Sequence record: SRR20825006_1977
Direction: 5' to 3' (one strand)
DNA length: 44,647 nucleotides
Shown: positions 18,665-27,992 of the stretch, in pieces
How positions within the stretch are numbered: the stretch's first letter is position 1
How the letters are laid out: every line of letters begins with the position of its first letter
Position numbers and translations under genes: made by a program
The notes under the pieces: model-generated
Told to the model about the DNA's origin: nothing
Databases searched by the model: none
The model's input: only the letters and a program-made list of their open reading frames with translations

Positions 18665-20854
18665 ATGAGGTACCCTGATACTATTAATTTAAAAGAAGCA
18701 CTAAAAACCAATTTCGGGTTTAGCAATTTCAAAGGCGATCAAGAAGCTATTATTGAGAATGTATTGAGTGGAAATAATACATTTGTTATTATGCCAACTG
18801 GAGGCGGAAAGTCCATGTGTTACCAACTTCCTGCATTGCTCTCGGAAGGAACAGCAGTTGTGGTTTCACCGCTAATTGCACTGATGAAGAACCAAGTAGA
18901 TGCCATAAGAAGCGTCTCCAATAATGAGTCAGTTGCCCACTTTCTAAATTCTTCCTTATCCAAGGGAGAAATAGTTCGTGTAAAAAATGATGTAGAGTCA
19001 GGAGTGACAAAACTTCTGTATGTTGCACCTGAATCTCTCACGAAAGCAGAGAATATTGCGTTTTTAACTTCTGTAGATATTTCATTCTTTGCAATTGACG
19101 AAGCTCACTGTATCTCCGAGTGGGGACATGATTTTCGTCCAGAGTATAGAAGATTGAGAGAAATTTTTGAAAAAATCTCAAATGTGCCGATTATTGCTTT
19201 GACGGCAACTGCTACACCAAAAGTTCAAGGAGATATCCAAAAGAATTTAAATATGCTCGATGCGAAGGTGTTTAAATCTTCGTTCAACAGAGATAACTTA
19301 TATTATCATATTCTTCCTAAAAAGGATGTAGAGAAACAAATCATTCGCTACATAAGGACCAAAGAAGGGAAAAGTGGGATTATCTATTGTTTGAGTAGGA
19401 AAAAAGTGGAAGAGCTTGCTGAACTGTTGCAAGTAAACGGGATTAACGCACTTCCATATCATGCAGGACTTGACGCTACAACGCGTGCGAGACATCAAGA
19501 CATGTTCTTGATGGAGGAGATGGACGTGATTGTTGCGACAATTGCATTTGGAATGGGAATCGATAAACCAGATGTTCGGTTTGTGATTCATCATGATATC
19601 CCTAAATCATTAGAAAGCTATTATCAAGAAACGGGCCGTGCAGGTAGAGACGGTGGAGATGGAGAATGCATCGCTTTCTATCGTTATAAAGACATTGAAA
19701 AACTGGAGAAGTTCCTCCAGGGAAAACCTGTTGCAGAACAAGAAATAGGTCGTCAGCTGTTAAGTGAAATAGTCGCGTATGCGGAGACGTCAGTTTGTAG
19801 ACGGAAAATGATTTTGCATTACTTCGGTGAAGAGTTTGATGAAACAGGCTGCACGGAAATGTGTGATAACTGCCGTCATCCTAAAGAGAAATCTGAGGGG
19901 ATGGATTATGTGCTTAACCTTCTTAAAGTGGTCGATGCCATGAAGGAAACACAAAAGGCAAAACACTGTTGTGCTTTTCTCTCCGGAAAAATCAATCCAG
20001 ATGTAAGAGCGTACAAACATGATCTTCATCCTGATTTTGGAATAGGAAAAGAAAGGGACGAGCATTTTTGGAATGCTGTAATCCGTCAATCAACAGTGAA
20101 AGGATTACTTTCTAAAGACATTGAAACGTACGGAGTATTAAAAATAACTCCCGAGGGACGTGCCTTCATGAACAATCCGTCGTCATTTATGCTTATTAAA
20201 GAACATGATTATTTGGTTACAGAGGAAGACGAAGATCTTACTGTAAACGGAAAAGGAGCTGTGATCGATGAACAATTATATTCTGAGCTAGTTACGCTAA
20301 GAAAGAAAATTTCAAAAGATAAATCGATTCCACCATTCGTGATATTCCAAGAACCATCTTTGAGAGATATGTGCTTTCAATATCCAATCACGATAGAGGA
20401 GCTCACAAACATCCAAGGTGTTGGAAATGGAAAGGCAACAAGATACGGAGCGCCATTCGTTCGACTTATTAAAGAGTATGTAGATCAGAATGAAATTGAG
20501 CGTCCGCAAGATTTAGTGGTAAGGTCATTGGTGAATAAATCAGGATTAAAAGTTCAAATGATTCAAAATATTGATCGTAAACTTCCTTTAGAAGAAATCG
20601 GAAGAGCGCAAGGAAAGTCTCTTGAAGAAGTAATTGATGAAATTGAGTCCATCGTGCTTTCTGGAACTAAAGTGAACATCGATTATTACATCGATGACGT
20701 GATTGACGATGACGTTCAAGATGAAATTTATGACTACTTCTCTGAGGCTGAGACAGATGATTTACAAGATGCTTACAATGAGTTTGACGGCGATTATTCT
20801 GAGGAAGAGCTAAGGCTCATGAGAATCAAATTTCTCAGCGAAATGGCAAATTAG
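18665..20854 (+). CDS. recQ: ATP-dependent DNA helicase RecQ
   Basis: MPTGGGKS, AIDEAHCISEWGHDFRPEY, ATIAFGMGIDK, QETGRAGRDG, Zn-binding CRR...CDNC, RQC and HRDC regions. Confidence 0.98.
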   Translation: MRYPDTINLKEALKTNFGFSNFKGDQEAIIENVLSGNNTFVIMPTGGGKSMCYQLPALLSEGTAVVVSPLIALMKNQVDAIRSVSNNESVAHFLNSSLSKGEIVRVKNDVESGVTKLLYVAPESLTKAENIAFLTSVDISFFAIDEAHCISEWGHDFRPEYRRLREIFEKISNVPIIALTATATPKVQGDIQKNLNMLDAKVFKSSFNRDNLYYHILPKKDVEKQIIRYIRTKEGKSGIIYCLSRKKVEELAELLQVNGINALPYHAGLDATTRARHQDMFLMEEMDVIVATIAFGMGIDKPDVRFVIHHDIPKSLESYYQETGRAGRDGGDGECIAFYRYKDIEKLEKFLQGKPVAEQEIGRQLLSEIVAYAETSVCRRKMILHYFGEEFDETGCTEMCDNCRHPKEKSEGMDYVLNLLKVVDAMKETQKAKHCCAFLSGKINPDVRAYKHDLHPDFGIGKERDEHFWNAVIRQSTVKGLLSKDIETYGVLKITPEGRAFMNNPSSFMLIKEHDYLVTEEDEDLTVNGKGAVIDEQLYSELVTLRKKISKDKSIPPFVIFQEPSLRDMCFQYPITIEELTNIQGVGNGKATRYGAPFVRLIKEYVDQNEIERPQDLVVRSLVNKSGLKVQMIQNIDRKLPLEEIGRAQGKSLEEVIDEIESIVLSGTKVNIDYYIDDVIDDDVQDEIYDYFSEAETDDLQDAYNEFDGDYSEEELRLMRIKFLSEMAN

Positions 20855-20958
20855 AGAGCATAATGGGAGTATAGGCGATCAATCGTGCGCAATGTTAATT
20901 CACTGTTAGATTTTGATCACCTTTATGTACGAATCGAGCTAGGAAAACGTCTATATAG

Positions 20959-20966
20959 TACCTTTG
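20959..20966 (+). promoter_or_regulatory. Bacteroidota -7 box for the PKD protein gene
   Basis: TACCTTTG 20 nt before ATG 20987. Confidence 0.6.
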
Positions 20967-20986
20967 TTAAACAACTTTACGATACT

Positions 20987-23900
20987 ATGCGTTACTACCT
21001 TTTCGTGCTCGCAATTGTCATGGGACAATTGGCTTTCTCTCAGGCTCCAATAGCAAACTTTACTGCTTCACCGTTGGTGGTCTGCATAGGAAGTCCAATA
21101 AATTTCACAAATACATCAACAGCTGGTGGTTCACCAATCGTTAGTAGAACATGGGATTTTGGAGATGGAAACTCTTCAACAGCAATTAATCCAAGTCACA
21201 CATACACTGCACCCGGAACCTATACAGTCACACTAGTGGTTACTGCACAAAACGGGCAGGCAGATGCGGAAGTAAAACCTGCTTATGTGGTTGTGAATCC
21301 TCTACCTACAGTTGGTTTCACTCTGTCAGGAAGTGGATGTACAGTTCCGTTTAACGTTACGTTTACCAATACTTCCTCTTCTGGAGCAAATATCTCCAAT
21401 AATTGGAACTTCGGAAATGGACAAACATCAACGGCTGCTAATCCGCCAGCGGTAACATATTCTACCGCAGGTAATTATACGGTTACTTTAACAGTAACAA
21501 ATACAACAACAGGGTGCGTGAATACGATGTCTCAGCCCATTACGGTATCGAACTTTTCTGCAGGAATTAGTGCGCCAACGTCGGCATGTGTTGGGCAATC
21601 AGTGAGTTTAACCGATGTATCGACAGTAGGAGCCAACAGCTGGAATTGGAATTTTGGTGACGGTCAAACATCAACTTCGCAAAATCCTAATCATACATAT
21701 TCAACTCCTGGAACCTATACAATTACACTGGCGTCGCAAAATACTGGCTCTGGATGTAGCGGTAACGCCACCCAAACTATTACAATTAATCCATTACCTA
21801 CGCCGTCATTTACAGCGAATGTAACTACAGGATGTGCGCCATTATCTGTCAACTTTACAAATACTTCTGGCGCAGGGACGTTTAACTGGGATTTTGGAAA
21901 TGGAAATACGTTTACTGGGCAAAATCCTCCAGCTCAAGTATATACAACAAACGGAAGTTATAACGTGACGCTCACCATGACGAACGCGAATGGATGTGTT
22001 GCAACAATCACAAATACAGCGATGATTAATGTGGTTGCGCCAGTAGTTCAGTTTTCAATGAACAACTACAACGGTTGTGCGCCAGTTTCGGTTCAATTTA
22101 CAGATGGATCTGTTTCACCCAACCCAGGTGCTGATCCACTCGTTTCTTGGGTCTGGGATTTTGGAGATGGAACTCCTGTTTTTAATGGACAAGTTCCGCC
22201 AGTGCATTTATATAATAATGTTGGATTGTATTCTCCAACTCTTACGGTTACAACACAAAATGGATGCGTTGCAAGCATGACTTATCCTGATACTATCCAA
22301 GTTGGGTCTATCAATAATGTTGCTTTTACGGTTAGTCCAATTTCTGATTGTGCAAAAAGCCCATTTGATTTTGTAGATCAAACGACGTTCAACGGAACTC
22401 CAAATCCAGGAGAAGTAATTTATAGTTGGAATTTTGGAGATGGAGGTCAGAGCACACAGCAAAGCCCTACGTATAATTATCCTATCGATACAGGTTATTT
22501 CGACGTAACACTTATTGTTGACTGGAGAGGATGTCTTGATACATTTGTAATGACCAATGCGGTTTATATTCTTGCTCCAATTTCTTCGTTTTCACTTTCA
22601 AGTTCTTTGTTTTGTAACCCCGCTTCGTTTCCAGTGACTTTAGATGTTTCTGATTTAGCGATTGTAGGTTCCGTTCCTGATGATATTTTAATGGTTTGGG
22701 AATGGGGTGATGGAACAACAACCGTATTGGATGATCCAGACGTTGACGATTTAGACGCAGGGAATAGCTCACATGACTACTCAAATTATGGAACTTATAC
22801 GGTAGAACAGGTGATCTACAATTATACAACGGGTTGTGAGGATAGTACTACCCAAACAATTCATATTTCTCAGACTATTGCGGGATTTGCGCTTTCAAAT
22901 GATTCTGTTTGCGTTGGAAGTCCGCTTACATTAACAAGTACTTCAACTTCTACTCACCCATTTGGAACATTCTCATACAATATGGGGAATGGAGGAACAA
23001 CAAGTGGGACTCCAGCGTCATATACGTATCCAACTTCTGGAGCATATAATATTACACTAACCGCAACAAACAGTGTTGGGTGTTCAGGAACATCAATCTT
23101 CAATGGGTTAGATGCGCTTGCACGACCAATTGCAGCAATTACTCCTTCCGCAGTGGCTGGTTGTGCCCCGATAACGGTGAACTATACAAATGCATCTTCT
23201 TCAACGGGGAATGGAGTTCCTCTGGCAAGTTTCTTGTGGACGTTCCCAAATCAAACGACACAAACAACTACAAGCGTTGGAACACCAACATCGTTTACAT
23301 TTAATAACCAAGGATCTTTCACAACTTCGTTAGTCGCGACAGATCAGTTTGGGTGTGTTTCAGATCCAACTTCAGTGAATATGACGATCACAAAACCAAC
23401 AGCTGATTTCACACTTGATTCTGTGGTATGTGATGAAGAAGTATTTACAGCTGTAAATGGCAGTGTTGGCGGTACAAGCTATCAATGGCTTTTGGATGGA
23501 CAAAATGTTTCTGTGAATACCGATTATACGTCGTCGATTAATGATCAAGGAGGACCTGGGATAAATTCTCAAACTCACTTGGTTCAATTGGTGGTAACAG
23601 ATGTGAATGGATGCCAAGATTCAGAGACGCAATCTTTGATCGTTTCGCTTCCTTTTGCAGATATTGATTATACGCTTACAGGGGCAAGCACAAATGCACA
23701 AGGAGAATTTACATGTCCACCAGTTTTTGCTTCTTTCACAGACAATAGTAATACCTACGGAGGAATATCTAGTTGGGCATGGGATTTTGGAGACGGTAAG
23801 TTCTCTACTTTGCAAGATCCAAACAATACGTATGTGTTTGCTGGCACTTACACACTCAATTTTTCAATTGTAGATGAGTTTGGCTGTACGGCCGATACAA

Positions 23901-24727
23901 TACTTCCTGATTTCTTGACCATTTTAGGGCCGAGTGGAAATGTAGCGTGGAATTCAGTTGCTGGGGTTTGCGGTCAAACATTCGACTTCATTCCTTCGAA
24001 CTTAAATGATGTTGCGAATATTATTTGGAATTTGGGGGATGGAACAATTGTGAATGACACGAACTCGTTCCTCTACGGTTACGAATCAAATGATGTCTTT
24101 AATCCTTCTGCGATTTTGGTTGATACAACTGGATGCGAAGTGTTAATCCCTTTACCGCAAATAGTAATTACGGGAAGTGGGTTAGACGCATTCTTTCAAG
24201 CGTCACCTACATCTGGGCCAATTGGAACTCAATTTGTGTTCGATGAATCTTCAACGAGTGTAAATGCGCCAATTGTAATTTGGGATTGGAATTTAAATGG
24301 AACTCTTATTTCAAATAATAGTGGTCAGGATGTTTCTTCGGCATTCGCTGGAATTCCAGGGACATATAATGTTGAGTTGAAAATAACAGATGCCGATGGT
24401 TGTAAAGACAAATATGCATTAGCTGTGACTATCAACGATGAGTTTCACTTGCCGAACATTATCACAATGAATGGAGACGGGATTAATGATTTATTTACAT
24501 TCCCACTTCCAATTTTCAAGTCGTTCGACATGGTGATTTTGAATCGTTGGGGAAATGTGGTACATAAAGAATTGGGTGGGGTTGGAACCTTCTCTTGGGA
24601 TGGAACTGCGCCAGATGGAACTCCAGTGAACGATGGTGTTTACTTTTACCAACTAACGGGAATCATTTCCAGTGGAACAGAAATTGTTAAACACGGAAAT
24701 GTAACGGTGGTGAGCACAACGAATTAA
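20987..24727 (+). CDS. Multi-PKD-domain surface protein with T9SS type B (gliding-motility-associated) C-terminal domain
   Basis: Signal peptide MRYYLFVLAIVMGQLAFS; about 13 WxFGDG-type or degenerate repeats; C-terminal PNIITMNGDGINDLF...NRWG...WDGT...DGVYFY...GNVTVV. Confidence 0.93.
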   Translation: MRYYLFVLAIVMGQLAFSQAPIANFTASPLVVCIGSPINFTNTSTAGGSPIVSRTWDFGDGNSSTAINPSHTYTAPGTYTVTLVVTAQNGQADAEVKPAYVVVNPLPTVGFTLSGSGCTVPFNVTFTNTSSSGANISNNWNFGNGQTSTAANPPAVTYSTAGNYTVTLTVTNTTTGCVNTMSQPITVSNFSAGISAPTSACVGQSVSLTDVSTVGANSWNWNFGDGQTSTSQNPNHTYSTPGTYTITLASQNTGSGCSGNATQTITINPLPTPSFTANVTTGCAPLSVNFTNTSGAGTFNWDFGNGNTFTGQNPPAQVYTTNGSYNVTLTMTNANGCVATITNTAMINVVAPVVQFSMNNYNGCAPVSVQFTDGSVSPNPGADPLVSWVWDFGDGTPVFNGQVPPVHLYNNVGLYSPTLTVTTQNGCVASMTYPDTIQVGSINNVAFTVSPISDCAKSPFDFVDQTTFNGTPNPGEVIYSWNFGDGGQSTQQSPTYNYPIDTGYFDVTLIVDWRGCLDTFVMTNAVYILAPISSFSLSSSLFCNPASFPVTLDVSDLAIVGSVPDDILMVWEWGDGTTTVLDDPDVDDLDAGNSSHDYSNYGTYTVEQVIYNYTTGCEDSTTQTIHISQTIAGFALSNDSVCVGSPLTLTSTSTSTHPFGTFSYNMGNGGTTSGTPASYTYPTSGAYNITLTATNSVGCSGTSIFNGLDALARPIAAITPSAVAGCAPITVNYTNASSSTGNGVPLASFLWTFPNQTTQTTTSVGTPTSFTFNNQGSFTTSLVATDQFGCVSDPTSVNMTITKPTADFTLDSVVCDEEVFTAVNGSVGGTSYQWLLDGQNVSVNTDYTSSINDQGGPGINSQTHLVQLVVTDVNGCQDSETQSLIVSLPFADIDYTLTGASTNAQGEFTCPPVFASFTDNSNTYGGISSWAWDFGDGKFSTLQDPNNTYVFAGTYTLNFSIVDEFGCTADTILPDFLTILGPSGNVAWNSVAGVCGQTFDFIPSNLNDVANIIWNLGDGTIVNDTNSFLYGYESNDVFNPSAILVDTTGCEVLIPLPQIVITGSGLDAFFQASPTSGPIGTQFVFDESSTSVNAPIVIWDWNLNGTLISNNSGQDVSSAFAGIPGTYNVELKITDADGCKDKYALAVTINDEFHLPNIITMNGDGINDLFTFPLPIFKSFDMVILNRWGNVVHKELGGVGTFSWDGTAPDGTPVNDGVYFYQLTGIISSGTEIVKHGNVTVVSTTN

Positions 24728-24731
24728 GGGA

Positions 24732-25151
24732 TCACTTTTCGAGGGTGAGTGTATGGACACAGTTTAAGCTGTCGACAAAGAGAATTTTAAGGTCGGACTT
24801 TGAAATAAACAAAATCTCATAGTTGAGATGAGGTGTCGTTGTCCCATTTCCATTGGTTTCATGGAGATCGAATTTAACAATATCCCTTACCTTATAGGTT
24901 CCTGTCTCAACGCGCGTTAGGTTTATTTTTGGGTGCGTAAGTGTTAAGCCAATAGAATAGGTAGCTGAAGTTGAATTGTTTTCAAAGAAAAATTTCCCTT
25001 CAAATTCTGGGTAATAGTTGAAGCCTTGGTTGTCAGTGAACTTGTAGTATACAATTTTCCACGTGCCGGGTAAATTCTTTTGAATAGATTTTTCCTTAGT
25101 ACAACTCGCAAGAAGAATCGCGATAAAAGCTATGTGAACAAGCTTATTCAA
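24732..25151 (-). CDS. Hypothetical lipoprotein, lipocalin-like fold likely
   Basis: Lipobox LLASC; LPGTWK and ETGTY motifs typical of Bacteroidota lipocalin-like lipoproteins. Confidence 0.7.
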   Translation of the reverse strand: MNKLVHIAFIAILLASCTKEKSIQKNLPGTWKIVYYKFTDNQGFNYYPEFEGKFFFENNSTSATYSIGLTLTHPKINLTRVETGTYKVRDIVKFDLHETNGNGTTTPHLNYEILFISKSDLKILFVDSLNCVHTLTLEK

Positions 25152-25758
25152 ATTTAATAATGAGTTTTTTCTCGGTCGGCATCATCTTTCGAAATATTTT
25201 CTCAGCGTTTTTCTCCGCTCTCTCGTCCAGTTTGAGCACTTTGGAATCATTTTTTAATGCCAATTTCGCTTTCATTTCAAGACGCTTTCGTGTGCCATCT
25301 GGCCACGTTCCAATCTCTTCGAAGATTTCAGTTTTAGAGGGTGTCACTTCGATGTCCAGAATTTCAGCTTTAGGCAAGGTAAGCCAGATAGAATCCTGAT
25401 TGCTTTCAATAAAATAGTTCCCCGAAGTTAAATCAAGTCCGTATCGAACATTTCCATGAACAATGAGTGTTAGTCGTCGCTTGATGTTTCGGTAATACGC
25501 AGCAAAGGGCTGTTCGAGTACACTCGGAGAATCACTGTAATATTCGACAGTATCCATTACCACTTCATCGGAATAAATAATTGTACTAATCTCAGCGATG
25601 GTTTTTATCGCTTCAATGCGCATTCCTGTGTCTTCGATTAGCAATTCTTCCTCACCGCTGCCAGAAAACCATCGGTAGATAAAATAACCAGCTGTTGCTA
25701 TCAGGGCAATAATCAAGAGGTTTTTCAACAAGCGAATAAACTCAGCGGATTTCTTCAT
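25144..25758 (-). CDS. DUF4230-like protein with N-terminal TM anchor
   Basis: IKTIAEIST, LIVHGNVRYGLDL, LTLPKAEIL, AEKNAEK. Confidence 0.8.
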   Translation of the reverse strand: MKKSAEFIRLLKNLLIIALIATAGYFIYRWFSGSGEEELLIEDTGMRIEAIKTIAEISTIIYSDEVVMDTVEYYSDSPSVLEQPFAAYYRNIKRRLTLIVHGNVRYGLDLTSGNYFIESNQDSIWLTLPKAEILDIEVTPSKTEIFEEIGTWPDGTRKRLEMKAKLALKNDSKVLKLDERAEKNAEKIFRKMMPTEKKLIIKFE

Positions 25759-26311
25759 TCTTCTTGTGTTTTACGATTACTTCCTCGAATCCCATGCTGC
25801 TGTAAAACTCTTTCAAGTATTTTCGAGCATCTCGTTCCGCGTCTTTTAGAATATTCGTTTCCTTTAAATCTTCGCGAATTGCTTTTTCTCCTTGTCTCAG
25901 GAAATTGTTTTTGTCCTTTTGTGTAAAACGGTCTCGAAATCCAGTAATACTTTCCATTTCGGTGCGGACCATTTTGGGATCCATGGTAAATGTGGTAATC
26001 TCAGCTGGTGGTAACGTGATTTCGATGGAGTTTCCGCTGACAACAATATCACCATCGGATAATTTTGATAAATCGACACCTGCTTTCACTTTTGCTTTGC
26101 AGCTAATGAGGATTTTTCGTTCACCATATTTATACCATTCTTCGGGTGGGTCATCGAGCTTGACGATTTTACCAATCGTATATTCAGTAGTAGAAAGAAC
26201 GCCAATATCTCTGATTTCGTAGAGGTCTAGTTTGGGTAGTTCTTTTTCATCACTTCCGCAACTCGCAAGAAGCACGCTGACAACTAAAAAGAAGAATGCA
26301 TGTTTGAGCAT
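25742..26311 (-). CDS. DUF4230-like lipoprotein
   Basis: Lipobox LLASC; IGVLSTTEY, KAKVKAGVDLSKL, ITLPPAEI, ILKDAERDA, MGFEEV. Confidence 0.85.
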   Translation of the reverse strand: MLKHAFFFLVVSVLLASCGSDEKELPKLDLYEIRDIGVLSTTEYTIGKIVKLDDPPEEWYKYGERKILISCKAKVKAGVDLSKLSDGDIVVSGNSIEITLPPAEITTFTMDPKMVRTEMESITGFRDRFTQKDKNNFLRQGEKAIREDLKETNILKDAERDARKYLKEFYSSMGFEEVIVKHKKNEEIR

Positions 26312-26319
26312 AGTTAAAA

Positions 26320-27510
26320 TTACGAAAATGGAGCCAAGCTCATCATTTGTATACCAATTTTTAACGATTCAGGATCAATGTCAAAATTAGGGTGATGTAC
26401 TCCGTACACAATTCCTTTCTCCTCGTTGCGAACTCCAAGTCGGAAGAAACAAACGGGTACTTCTTGTGAGTAATAAGAGAAATCTTCAGCAGTGAGGCGA
26501 ATCGGAAGTTCCTCTACCTTTTGTTCTCCGAGAAATTCTGTTGAGATAATTCTCATTCGTTGAGTAGTAAGAGGGTCATTTTCTAAATATGGATATCCCT
26601 TACTAATTTCAACGTCCACAGATCCTCCTGAGGCCGCAGCAATTTGTTCTGAAGTCTCTTTAATAAGTCTGAGTGCTTCCGCTCTCCACGGCTCATTCAT
26701 CGTTCTGAATGTTCCTTTTAAAAATGCTTTTGAAGGAATCACATTTGTTGCTCCTAAAGCTTCGAAGTGACCAAAAGAGAGTACACATGGAATCTTAGGA
26801 TCGCATTTCCGGCTCACGATTTGTTGAAGCGTAGTTAAAATATTCGCTCCAATCATAATGGGATCAATGCAGTTATGCGGAGTTGCTCCGTGACCGCCTT
26901 TTCCGTTTATTGTCAAGTAAATTTCATCGCAGGAAGCCATATAAATTCCTTCTTTGAATCCAACATTTCCTACGTTCATATCAGGAAAGACGTGAAGCGC
27001 AAACATCCGTTCAACGCTAGGGTTCGTCAAAACCCCATCTCGAATCATATAGGTTGCTCCCCCTGGATTTTTTTCTTCTCCGGGCTGAAAAACCAACTTT
27101 ACAGGCTGTGGAAGTTGATTTCTTATTTCATATAAAAGTTCCGCCGCGCCAAGTAATACCGAAGTATGTACGTCATGTCCGCAAGCGTGCATAATTCCTT
27201 CGTTCGTAGACTTATATGGAACGTCATTTTCTTCTTGAATGGGAAGTGCATCTAGATCTGCTCTGAGTCCAATACACGGTTGATTTTCGGTGTGATGATC
27301 TCCTCGAATAATCCCTACAACACCCGTTCCTCCAACGCCCGTTTCGTGAGGAATTCCAATTTCTTCAAGGGTATTTGAAACAAATTTCATCGTTTCAAAT
27401 TCTTGGTACGAAAGCTCTGGATGTGCATGAAGGTGTTCCCTATAAGCTTGAACTTTTCCCTGCAATTCTTCTGAACGCTTTGAGATATGTTCTTTTAAAT
27501 CGCTATTCAT
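26320..27510 (-). CDS. M20D-family amidohydrolase
   Basis: HLHAHPELSYQE, LRADLDALPI, MHACGHDVH, FQPGEE, GKGGHGA, AEDFSYY, HHPNFDID. Confidence 0.95.
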   Translation of the reverse strand: MNSDLKEHISKRSEELQGKVQAYREHLHAHPELSYQEFETMKFVSNTLEEIGIPHETGVGGTGVVGIIRGDHHTENQPCIGLRADLDALPIQEENDVPYKSTNEGIMHACGHDVHTSVLLGAAELLYEIRNQLPQPVKLVFQPGEEKNPGGATYMIRDGVLTNPSVERMFALHVFPDMNVGNVGFKEGIYMASCDEIYLTINGKGGHGATPHNCIDPIMIGANILTTLQQIVSRKCDPKIPCVLSFGHFEALGATNVIPSKAFLKGTFRTMNEPWRAEALRLIKETSEQIAAASGGSVDVEISKGYPYLENDPLTTQRMRIISTEFLGEQKVEELPIRLTAEDFSYYSQEVPVCFFRLGVRNEEKGIVYGVHHPNFDIDPESLKIGIQMMSLAPFS

Positions 27511-27892
27511 TGGGAAGAGAATTAAATCCTGAAATAACCATTCGAACAGAGACGTACGCCATGATTACACCAAAAATGATCTTCACAATAGATGGAGAAA
27601 TCTTAAGAGCAAGTTTAGAGCCGATATAGCCACCGGCCACAAAGGTAAGCGCCACGACCAATCCGAATTGCCAATTTATATGGCCAGATTTGTAGTAATT
27701 CATTACCGCAAGAATTCCAACAGGAAGTAAGAGGATAAATAAACTTGTTCCTTGTGCTTCGTATTGTGACATACTTAAAGCGTACATCAGCGCGGGGACA
27801 ATCACTACACCGCCGCCCACTCCAACAAAACCACTAAGAATACCGGCTAGAATTCCGATAAGCGCTAATATGAGAATGGTTTGAATTGTCAT
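27503..27892 (-). CDS. TauE/SafE (TSUP) family membrane protein, half-size
   Basis: GILSGFVGVGGGVVIVPAL, AQGTSL, GGYIGSKLA; TACCTTTG box at 27900-27907 supports ATG 27892. Confidence 0.88.
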   Translation of the reverse strand: MTIQTILILALIGILAGILSGFVGVGGGVVIVPALMYALSMSQYEAQGTSLFILLLPVGILAVMNYYKSGHINWQFGLVVALTFVAGGYIGSKLALKISPSIVKIIFGVIMAYVSVRMVISGFNSLPNE

Positions 27893-27919
27893 TGTACTCC
27901 AAAGGTAATAAATGTAGAG

Positions 27920-27962
27920 AATAAAAGAAGGTGAAGACGCGTTTTCGAAGGGCTTCACCTTC
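27920..27962 (-). terminator. Intrinsic terminator closing the MscS/CCC operon
   Basis: GAAGGTGAAG (27927-27936) / CTTCACCTTC (27953-27962), followed by TTTTATT on the minus strand. Confidence 0.75.
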
Positions 27963-27992
27963 AAGCTCATTTTACTCAGTAATTGTTTCCTA

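Noticed and set aside
21050-24400. Repeated TGGGATTTTGGAGATGGA-like DNA as a CRISPR or DGR repeat
   Set aside because: These encode the WDFGDG PKD motifs within one ORF; no spacers, cas genes or reverse transcriptase
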